8,395 nt of DNA from a virus. Its lineage: Duplodnaviria > Heunggongvirae > Uroviricota > Caudoviricetes. Below, one piece after another: positions 1 through 7,078 of the stretch (its first letter is position 1; every line of letters begins with the position of its first letter). The position numbers were made by a program, and so were the translations under genes. The DNA lies in IMG/VR virus record IMGVR_UViG_2690316099_000020; one strand, 5' to 3'. The notes beneath the pieces are model-generated. The model was not told the origin of the DNA. It did no database searches and saw only the letters and a list, made by a program, of their open reading frames with translations.

Positions 1-3000
1 CTGGTTGTCTGGAGATTCAGGGGGCCAGTCTAATTGCCGACGGAAAAACGCTGGTTATTGGCAATACAGAGAATGACGGAGCTGTTGACTCTATTGCTGG
101 TACCGGGTTGATCACCAAAACAGGTTCCGGCGATCTGGTACTTAATGCAGATAACAATGACTTTACTGGTGNNNNNNNNNNNNNNNNNNNNNNNNNNNNN
201 NNNNNATGCAGATTGAAAACGGTGAAGTTACCCTGGGCCGCAGCAACTCCCTGATGAATGTCGGCGATACGCATTGCCAGGACGATCCGCAAGACTGCTA
301 CGGTCTGACGATAGGGAGTATTGATAAGTACCAGAATCAGGCAGAGCTAAACGTTGGCTCCACCCAACAAACCTTTGTGCACTCATTGACGGGCTTTCAG
401 AATGGCACTTTAAATATCGATGCTGGTGGCAATGTTACTGTTAATCAAGGCAGTTTTGCTGGCACCATCGAAGGTGCTGGTCAGCTCACCATTGCGCAAA
501 ACGGCAGCTACGTGCTGTCGGGGGCGCAGTCGATGGCGCTAACCGGCGATATAGTCGTTGATGATGGTGCGGTGCTTTCGCTGGAAGGCGACGCGGCAGA
601 TCTCGCCGCTCTCCAGGACGATCCGCAGTCGATCGTGTTAAACGGCGGTGTGCTCGATCTCTCTGATTTCTCCACCTGGCAGAGCGGCACATCATACAAT
701 GATGGCCTTGAAGTCAGTGGCAGCAGCGGAACGGTTATCGGCAGTCAGGATGTGGTAGATCTTGCAGGTGGCGACAATTTGCATATCGGCGGCGACGGGA
801 AAGATGGCGTCTACGTGGTGGTCGATGCGAGCGACGGGCAGGTAAGTCTGGCAAACAATAATAGTTATTTGGGCACAACACAAATCGCCTCCGGTACGCT
901 GATGGTGAGCGACAACTCGCAGCTTGGAGATACCCACTATAACCGCCAGGTTATCTTTACCGATAAGCAACAAGAAAGCGTGATGGAGATTACTGCCAAT
1001 GTCGATACTCGCTCTACGACGACTGAGCATGGGCGTGATATTGAAATGCGCGCCGACGGTGAAGTGGCAGTTGATGCGGGGGTAGACACGCAGTGGGGCG
1101 CACTGATGGCTGACAGCAGCGGGCAGCATCAGGATGAGGGTAGCACATTTACTAAAACGGGGGCGGGTACGCTGGAGCTGACCGCCAGCGGTACAACGCA
1201 GTCGGCAGTACGTGTCGAAGAAGGCACCCTGAAAGGCGATGTTGCGGATATCTTTCCTTATGCTTCGTCACTGTGGGTCGGTGATGGGGCGGCGTTCGTT
1301 ACTGGCGCGGATCAGGATATTCAGTCTATCGATGCTACTTCCAGCGGCACTATCGATATCAGCGATGGTACGGTTTTGCGTCTGACCGGGCAGGATACTT
1401 CCGTCGCCCTTAATGCCTCATTGTTTAACGGCGATGGGACGCTGGTGAATGCTACCGATGGCGTGACGTTGACAGGTGAGCTTAATACCAACCTTGAAAC
1501 TGACAGCCTGACCTATCTTGCCGACGTGACGGTTAATGGTGATCTGACCAATACGTCCGGTGCGGTTAGCCTGCAAAATGGCGTCGCTGGCGATACGCTG
1601 ACGGTAAACGGTGATTATACCGGCGGCGGTACGCTACTGCTCGATAGCGAATTAAACGGCGATGACTCGGTAAGCGATCAATTGGTGATGAACGGTAATA
1701 CTGCTGGCAATACCACGGTGGTGGTTAACTCTATTACAGGGATTGGTGAGCCGACATCGACAGGCATTAAAGTGGTTGATTTCGCAGCTGATCCCACGCA
1801 GTTTCAAAACAATGCGCAGTTCAGTCTGGCAGGCAGCGGCTACGTCAATATGGGAGCGTATGACTACACGCTGGTGGAAGATAACAACGACTGGTATCTG
1901 CGATCGCAAGAAGTAACGCCGCCATCGCCACCTAATCCCAACCCGACTCCCGATCCTGATCCCACACCGGATCCTGACCCAACCCCCGACCCGGCCCCTA
2001 CGCCTGCTTACCAGCCGGTGCTGAATGCCAAAGTTGGCGGTTATCTCAATAACCTGCGGGCGGCAAATCAGGCGTTTATGATGGAGCGACGCGATCACGC
2101 TGGTGGCGATGGTCAGACGCTGAATTTACGTGTTATCGGCGGACGTTATCATTACACGGCGGNNNNNNNNNNNNNNNNNNNNNNNNNNNNNNNNNNNNNN
2201 NNNNNNNNNNNNNNNNNNNNNNNNNNNNNNNNNNNNNNNNNNNNNNNNNNNNNNNNNNNNNNNNNNNNNNNNNNNNNNNNNNNNNNNNNNNNNNNNNNNN
2301 NNNNNNNNNNNNNNNNNNNNNNNNNNNNNNNNNNNNNNNNNNNNNNNNNNNNNNNNNNNNNNNNNNNNNNNNNNNNNNNNNNNNNNNNNNNNNNNNNNNN
2401 NNNNNNNNNNNNNNNNNNNNNNNNNNNNNNNNNNNNNNNNNNNNNNNNNNNNNNNNNNNNNNNNNNNNNNNNNNNNNNNNNNNNNNNNNNNNNNNNNNNN
2501 NNNNNNNNNNNNNNNNNNNNNNNNNNNNNNNNNNNNNNNNNNNNNNNNNNNNNNNNNNNNNNNNNNNNNNNNNNNNNNNNNNNNNNNNNNNNNNNNNNNN
2601 NNNNNNNNNNNNNNNNNNNNNNNNNNNNNNNNNNNNNNNNNNNNNNNNNNNNNNNNNNNNNNNNNNNNNNNNNNNNNNNNNNNNNNNNNNNNNNNNNNNN
2701 NNNNNNNNNNNNNNNNNNNNNNNNNNNNNNNNNNNNNNNNNNNNNNNNNNNNNNNNNNNNNNNNNNNNNNNNNNNNNNNNNNNNNNNNNNNATGGCGTAC
2801 CGCGGTTGGTGTCACACCAACATTAGATCTGAATTATTATCACGATCCCCATGCGACGGAAATTGAAGAAGATGGCAGCACTATCAGTGACGATGCGGTG
2901 AAGCGACGGGGTGAAATAAAAGTGGGAGTCACGGGCAATATCAGTCAGCGAGTGTCCCTGCGCGGCAGCGTGGCGTGGCAGAAAGGGAGTGATGATTTTG

Positions 3001-3041
3001 CCCAGACGGCAGGGTTTTTGTCGATGACGGTGAAATGGTAA
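1..3041 (+). CDS. yfaL: AIDA-I-type autotransporter adhesin (YfaL/EhaC-like), 5'-partial at window edge, interrupted by two N-runs
   Basis: Codons starting at position 3 are open for 3-172 (..GTGLITKTGSGDLVLNADNNDFTG). The 206-2162 segment (frame of ORF 206..2866) is a Gly/Thr/Asp/Asn-rich beta-helix-like passenger, then a PT-rich linker, then AYQPVLNAKVGGYLNNLRAANQAF, typical of the start of an autotransporter translocator domain. After the second N-run, 2792-3041 (frame of ORF 2130..3041) ends ..AGFLSMTVKW with stop TAA at 3039-3041, the aromatic-terminal outer-membrane beta-barrel signature. The frame differs on each side of both N-runs. The yfaL name rests on synteny next to ubiG/gyrA. 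Confidence 0.85.
173..205. other. Unresolved N-run (33 nt) inside the yfaL-like gene
   Basis: Run of n characters; the yfaL reading frame differs on the two sides. Confidence 0.99.
422..429 (+). other. Chi site 5'-GCTGGTGG-3'
   Basis: Exact octamer match read directly on the + strand. Confidence 0.9.
1870..1877 (+). other. Chi site 5'-GCTGGTGG-3'
   Basis: Exact octamer match on the + strand. Confidence 0.9.
1919..2005 (+). repeat. In-frame Pro/Thr/Asp-rich tandem-repeat linker (PPSPPNPNPTPDPDPTPDPDPTPDPAPTP) between passenger and translocator domains
   Basis: Direct translation of 1919-2005 in the passenger frame; reiterated CCN-GAY / CCN-ACN codon pairs. Confidence 0.75.
2099..2106 (+). 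other. Chi site 5'-GCTGGTGG-3'
   Basis: Exact octamer match on the + strand. Confidence 0.9.
2163..2791. other. Unresolved N-run (629 nt) covering most of the autotransporter beta-domain
   Basis: Run of n characters; the reading frame changes across it. Confidence 0.99.
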
Positions 3042-3062
3042 TCGCTGTCTGACCATCACAAT

Positions 3063-3146
3063 TGCCGGATGCGGCGTAAACGCCTTATCTGGCCTACGGA
3101 GAGCATTTGTAGGCCTGATAAGACGCTGCAAGCGTCGCATCAGGCA
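3063..3146. repeat. BIME: two REP (repetitive extragenic palindromic) units in inverted orientation between convergent yfaL and ubiG
   Basis: 3064-3097 GCCGGATGCGGCGTAAACGCCTTATCTGGCCTAC and 3109-3145 GTAGGCCTGATAAGACGCTGCAAGCGTCGCATCAGGC match the E. coli REP consensus family. Each has an imperfect internal palindrome. A short extra palindrome TTGGCGCGGCCAA follows at 3147-3159. Confidence 0.8.
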
Positions 3147-3168
3147 TTGGCGCGGCCAAACATCAACC

Positions 3169-3891
3169 TCACTTATTCTGCGTGTGCAGCATATAGTTCA
3201 CATCCACGCCGGGGCCGAGCTTAAAGGAATTAGTGATCGGGTTGTAATGTAGCCCGGTTATATGTCGCTCTTTTAAACTGGTCTGATCCACCCAGCCAAG
3301 CAGCTCTGCCGGTTTAATAAACTTCTTCACATCATGCGTACCTTTGGGCACCATGCGCAAAATATATTCCGCGCCAACCACCGCCATCAGCCATGACTTG
3401 CCGTTGCGGTTAAGCGTCGAGAAAAAGACATCGCCGCCTGGTTTCACCAGTTGCGCACAGGCTCTGACCACTGACTGCGGATCGGGTACGTGCTCCAGCA
3501 TCTCCATGCAGGTCACCACATCATACTGCCCGGCATGTTTTGCCGCGTGCTCTTCCACGGTTTCCTGCACGTAATCCACCTGAATGCCGCTTTCCAGCGC
3601 GTGCAGCTTTGCCACCTGCAATGGCTCAAAGCCCATATCCAGACCGGTCACCGTCGCGCCTTCGCNNNNNNNNNNNNNNNNNNNNNNNNNNNNNNNNNNN
3701 NNNNNNNNNNNNNNNNNNNNNNNNNNNNNNNNNNNNNNNNNNNNNNNNNNNNNNNNNNNNNNNNNNNNNNNNNNNNNNNNNNNNNNNNNNNNNNNNNNNN
3801 NNNNNNNNNNNNNNNNNNNNNNNNNNNNNNNNNNNNNNNNNNNNNNNNNNNNNNNNNNNNNNNNNNNNNNNNNNNNNNNNNNNNNNNNNNN
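3169..3891 (-). CDS. ubiG: Bifunctional 3-demethylubiquinone 3-O-methyltransferase / 2-polyprenyl-6-hydroxyphenol methylase UbiG; the 5' third lies in the N-run
   Basis: The - strand ORF 3169..3651 translates to [77 protein letters not shown]...NYMLHTQNK, which I recognise as the C-terminal 160 residues of E. coli UbiG. Codons for ..EGAT precede it at 3652-3663. Stop is TGA (reverse complement of 3169-3171). The start at 3891 is inferred from the 240-aa length of UbiG and assumes the N-run preserves length. Confidence 0.9.
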   Translation of the reverse strand, partial: XXXXXXXXXXXXXXXXXXXXXXXXXXXXXXXXXXXXXXXXXXXXXXXXXXXXXXXXXXXXXXXXXXXXXXXXXXXXEGATVTGLDMGFEPLQVAKLHALESGIQVDYVQETVEEHAAKHAGQYDVVTCMEMLEHVPDPQSVVRACAQLVKPGGDVFFSTLNRNGKSWLMAVVGAEYILRMVPKGTHDVKKFIKPAELLGWVDQTSLKERHITGLHYNPITNSFKLGPGVDVNYMLHTQNK

Positions 3892-4197
3892 NNNNNNNNN
3901 NNNNNNNNNNNNNNNNNNNNNNNNNNNNNNNNNNNNNNNNNNNNNNNNNNNNNNNNNNNNNNNNNNNNNNNNNNNNNNNNNNNNNNNNNNNNNNNNNNNN
4001 NNNNNNNNNNNNNNNNNNNNNNNNNNNNNNNNNNNNNNNNNNNNNNNNNNNNNNNNNNNNNNNNNNNNNNNNNNNNNNNNNNNNNNNNNNNNNNGGTTNN
4101 NNNNNNNNNNNNNNNNNNNNNNNNNNNNNNNNNNNNNNNNNNNNNNNNNNNNNNNNNNNNNNNNNNNNNNNNNNNNNNNNNNNNNNNNNNNNNNNNN
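3666..4197. other. Unresolved N-run covering the ubiG 5' end, the divergent ubiG-gyrA intergenic region and gyrA codons 1-24; a 4-nt island 'ggtt' survives at 4095-4098
   Basis: Run of n characters with one tiny unmasked island. Confidence 0.99.
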
Positions 4198-6755
4198 ATG
4201 CGATGTCGGTCATTGTTGGCCGTGCGCTGCCGGATGTCCGAGATGGCCTGAAGCCGGTACACCGTCGCGTACTTTACGCCATGAACGTACTAGGCAATGA
4301 CTGGAACAAAGCCTATAAAAAATCTGCCCGTGTCGTTGGTGACGTAATCGGTAAATACCATCCCCATGGTGACTCGGCGGTTTATGACACGATCGTCCGT
4401 ATGGCGCAGCCATTCTCGCTGCGTTACATGCTGGTAGACGGTCAGGGTAACTTCGGTTCCATCGACGGCGACTCTGCGGCGGCAATGCGTTATACGGAAA
4501 TCCGTCTGGCGAAAATTGCCCATGAACTGATGGCCGATCTCGAAAAAGAGACGGTCGATTTCGTTGATAACTATGACGGCACGGAAAAAATTCCGGACGT
4601 CATGCCAACCAAAATTCCTAACCTGCTGGTGAACGGTTCTTCCGGTATCGCCGTAGGTATGGCAACCAACATCCCGCCGCACAACCTGACGGAAGTCATC
4701 AACGGTTGTCTGGCGTATATCGATGATGAAGACATCAGCATTGAAGGGCTGATGGAACACATCCCGGGGCCGGACTTCCCGACGGCGGCAATCATTAACG
4801 GTCGTCGCGGTATTGAAGAAGCTTACCGTACCGGTCGTGGCAAGGTGTACATCCGCGCCCGTGCTGAAGTGGAAGTCGACGCCAAAACCGGGCGTGAAAC
4901 CATTATCGTCCACGAAATTCCGTATCAGGTAAACAAAGCGCGCCTGATCGAGAAGATTGCGGAACTGGTAAAAGAAAAACGCGTGGAAGGCATCAGCGCG
5001 CTGCGTGACGAGTCTGACAAAGACGGTATGCGCATCGTGATTGAAGTTAAACGCGATGCGGTCGGTGAAGTTGTGCTCAACAACCTCTACTCCCAGACCC
5101 AGTTGCAGGTTTCTTTCGGTATCAACATGGTGGCATTGCACCATGGTCAGCCGAAGATCATGAACCTGAAAGATATCATCGCGGCGTTTGTTCGTCACCG
5201 CCGTGAAGTGGTGACCCGTCGTACTATTTTCGAACTGCGTAAAGCTCGCGATCGTGCTCATATCCTTGAAGCACTAGCCGTGGCGCTGGCGAACATCGAC
5301 CCGATCATCGAACTGATCCGTCATGCGCCGACGCCTGCAGAAGCGAAAACTGCGCTGGTGGCTAATCCGTGGCAGCTGGGCAACGTTGCCGCGATGCTGG
5401 AACGTGCTGGCGACGATGCTGCGCGTCCGGAATGGCTGGAGCCAGAGTTCGGCGTGCGTGATGGTCTGTACTACCTGACCGAACAGCAAGCTCAGGCGAT
5501 TCTGGATCTGCGTTTGCAGAAACTGACCGGCCTTGAGCACGAAAAACTGCTCGACGAATACAAAGAGCTGCTGGATCAGATCGCGGAACTGTTGCGTATT
5601 CTTGGTAGCGCCGATCGTCTGATGGAAGTGATCCGTGAAGAGCTGGAGCTGGTTCGTGAACAGTTCGGTGACAAACGTCGTACTGAAATCACCGCCAACA
5701 GCGCAGACATCAACCTGGAAGATCTGATCACCCAGGAAGATGTGGTCGTGACGCTCTCTCACCAGGGCTATGTTAAATATCAGCCGCTTTCTGAATACGA
5801 AGCGCAGCGTCGTGGCGGGAAAGGTAAATCTGCCGCACGTATTAAAGAAGAAGACTTTATCGACCGACTGCTGGTGGCAAACACGCACGACCATATTCTG
5901 TGCTTCTCCAGCCGTGGTCGCGTCTATTCGATGAAAGTTTACCAGTTGCCGGAGGCCACTCGTGGCGCGCGCGGTCGTCCGATCGTCAACCTGCTGCCGC
6001 TGGAGCAGGACGAACGTATCACCGCGATCCTGCCAGTGACCGAGTTTGAAGAAGGCGTGAAAGTCTTCATGGCGACCGCTAACGGTACTGTGAAGAAAAC
6101 CGTCCTCACCGAATTCAACCGTCTGCGTACCGCCGGTAAAGTGGCGATCAAACTGGTTGAAGGCGATGAGCTGATCGGCGTTGACCTGACCAGCGGCGAA
6201 GACGAAGTAATGCTGTTCTCCGCCGAAGGTAAAGTGGTGCGCTTTAAAGAGTCTTCTGTCCGTGCGATGGGCTGCAACACCACCGGTGTTCGCGGTATTC
6301 GCTTAGGTGAAGGCGATAAAGTCGTCTCTCTGATCGTGCCTCGTGGCGATGGCGCAATCCTCACCGCAACGCAAAACGGTTACGGTAAACGTACCGCAGT
6401 GGCGGAATACCCAACCAAGTCGCGTGCGACGAAAGGGGTTATCTCCATCAAGGTTACCGAACGTAACGGTTTAGTGGTTGGCGCGGTACAGGTAGATGAC
6501 TGCGACCAGATCATGATGATCACCGATGCCGGTACGCTGGTACGTACTCGCGTTTCAGAAATCAGCATCGTGGGCCGTAACACCCAGGGCGTGATCCTCA
6601 TCCGTACTGCGGAAGATGAAAACGTAGTGGGTCTGCAACGTGTTGCTGAACCGGTTGACGAGGAAGATCTCGATACCATCGACGGCAGTGCCGCGGAAGG
6701 GGACGATGAAATCGCTCCGGAAGTGGACGTTGACGACGAGCCAGAAGAAGAATAA
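4128..6755 (+). CDS. gyrA: DNA gyrase subunit A
   Basis: Visible from 4203 as [71 protein letters not shown].., which is E. coli GyrA from residue 26. Active-site Tyr122 is TAT at 4491-4493. GyrA box QRRGGKG is at 5805-5825 (residues 560-566). The acidic C-terminal tail ..[17 protein letters not shown] ends with TAA at 6753-6755. Start 4128 is back-calculated from Met26 at 4203. The in-frame upstream extension to 3540 in the ORF track is an artefact of translating N as X. Confidence 0.95.
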   Translation, partial: XXXXXXXXXXXXXXXXXXXXXXXXAMSVIVGRALPDVRDGLKPVHRRVLYAMNVLGNDWNKAYKKSARVVGDVIGKYHPHGDSAVYDTIVRMAQPFSLRYMLVDGQGNFGSIDGDSAAAMRYTEIRLAKIAHELMADLEKETVDFVDNYDGTEKIPDVMPTKIPNLLVNGSSGIAVGMATNIPPHNLTEVINGCLAYIDDEDISIEGLMEHIPGPDFPTAAIINGRRGIEEAYRTGRGKVYIRARAEVEVDAKTGRETIIVHEIPYQVNKARLIEKIAELVKEKRVEGISALRDESDKDGMRIVIEVKRDAVGEVVLNNLYSQTQLQVSFGINMVALHHGQPKIMNLKDIIAAFVRHRREVVTRRTIFELRKARDRAHILEALAVALANIDPIIELIRHAPTPAEAKTALVANPWQLGNVAAMLERAGDDAARPEWLEPEFGVRDGLYYLTEQQAQAILDLRLQKLTGLEHEKLLDEYKELLDQIAELLRILGSADRLMEVIREELELVREQFGDKRRTEITANSADINLEDLITQEDVVVTLSHQGYVKYQPLSEYEAQRRGGKGKSAARIKEEDFIDRLLVANTHDHILCFSSRGRVYSMKVYQLPEATRGARGRPIVNLLPLEQDERITAILPVTEFEEGVKVFMATANGTVKKTVLTEFNRLRTAGKVAIKLVEGDELIGVDLTSGEDEVMLFSAEGKVVRFKESSVRAMGCNTTGVRGIRLGEGDKVVSLIVPRGDGAILTATQNGYGKRTAVAEYPTKSRATKGVISIKVTERNGLVVGAVQVDDCDQIMMITDAGTLVRTRVSEISIVGRNTQGVILIRTAEDENVVGLQRVAEPVDEEDLDTIDGSAAEGDDEIAPEVDVDDEPEEE
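5354..5361 (+). other. Chi site 5'-GCTGGTGG-3'
   Basis: Exact octamer match on the + strand, inside gyrA. Confidence 0.9.
5870..5877 (+). other. Chi site 5'-GCTGGTGG-3'
   Basis: Exact octamer match on the + strand, inside gyrA. Confidence 0.9.
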
Positions 6756-6774
6756 TTTTACTTCTTCATGCCAA

Positions 6775-6792
6775 AAGGGAGCTATCTCCCTT
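6775..6792 (+). terminator. Short stem-loop AAGGGAG-CTAT-CTCCCTT followed by GTTTG, 20 nt after the gyrA stop
   Basis: Perfect 7-bp inverted repeat (6775-6781 / 6786-6792) with a 4-nt loop. The GGGAG arm could alternatively serve as a Shine-Dalgarno sequence if a downstream gene started at TTG 6791. Confidence 0.3.
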
Positions 6793-6802
6793 GTTTGAAT
6801 TG

Positions 6803-6832
6803 AAAAGTCCAGGCTGCAAAGTCTGGGCTTTT
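6803..6832 (+). terminator. Candidate intrinsic (possibly bidirectional) terminator downstream of gyrA
   Basis: AAAAGUCCAGGC (6803-6814) pairs with GUCUGGGCUUUU (6821-6832) around loop UGCAAA: 12 bp including two G-U pairs. The A-tract on the 5' side and U-tract on the 3' side are the arrangement seen in bidirectional rho-independent terminators. Confidence 0.45.
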
Positions 6833-6843
6833 GTCGTATTAGG

Positions 6844-7078
6844 NNNNNNNNNNNNNNNNNNNNNNNNNNNNNNNNNNNNNNNNNNNNNNNNNNNNNNNNN
6901 NNNNNNNNNNNNNNNNNNNNNNNNNNNNNNNNNNNNNNNNNNNNNNNNNNNNNNNNNNNNNNNNNNNNNNNNNNNNNNNNNNNNNNNNNNNNNNNNNNNN
7001 NNNNNNNNNNNNNNNNNNNNNNNNNNNNNNNNNNNNNNNNNNNNNNNNNNNNNNNNNNNNNNNNNNNNNNNNNNNNNN
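6844..7078. other. Unresolved N-run (235 nt) hiding the yfaA start region
   Basis: Run of n characters. Confidence 0.99.

Noticed and set aside
206-208. ATG at 206 as the start codon of the 886-aa ORF
   Set aside because: It is simply the first Met after the N-run. Recognisable autotransporter passenger sequence continues upstream in 3-172, so the gene starts beyond the window's left edge.
17-2098. Minus-strand ORFs 17..292, 486..695, 508..699, 692..1129 and 1652..2098
   Set aside because: All lie antisense within the strongly supported autotransporter passenger coding region. Their products are Arg/Cys/His-rich or low-complexity with no recognisable domain, as expected for shadow ORFs.
2126-3041. 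ORF-track products made mostly of X (2126..2815 -, the N-terminal part of 2130..3041 +, and the post-gap tail MAYRGWCHTNIRSELLSRSPCDGN of ORF 206..2866)
   Set aside because: These are artefacts of translating N as X. Only the 2792-3041 portion of the 2130..3041 frame is real, as the autotransporter C-terminus.
2823-3140. Minus-strand ORF 2823..3140 (105 aa) spanning the yfaL 3' end and the intergenic region
   Set aside because: It overlaps the autotransporter C-terminus antisense and runs through the REP/BIME palindromes. REP elements commonly generate spurious ORFs.
3540-4127. Upstream extension of the gyrA ORF to 3540, giving a 1071-aa product
   Set aside because: The extension overlaps ubiG antisense and crosses the N-run. 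GyrA is 875 aa and the visible sequence matches it from residue 26, so the start is placed at about 4128.
3344-4300. Plus-strand ORFs 3344..3574, 3490..4251 and 3584..4300, and minus-strand ORFs 3626..4213 and 3648..4262
   Set aside because: They are antisense to ubiG and/or exist only because the N-run is read as stop-free X codons.
4210-6679. Minus-strand ORFs inside gyrA (4210..4485, 4290..5261, 4571..4795, 5274..5894, 5939..6364, 6380..6679)
   Set aside because: They are antisense shadow ORFs of a highly expressed, codon-biased gene, with Arg/His/Val-rich products and no recognisable motifs.
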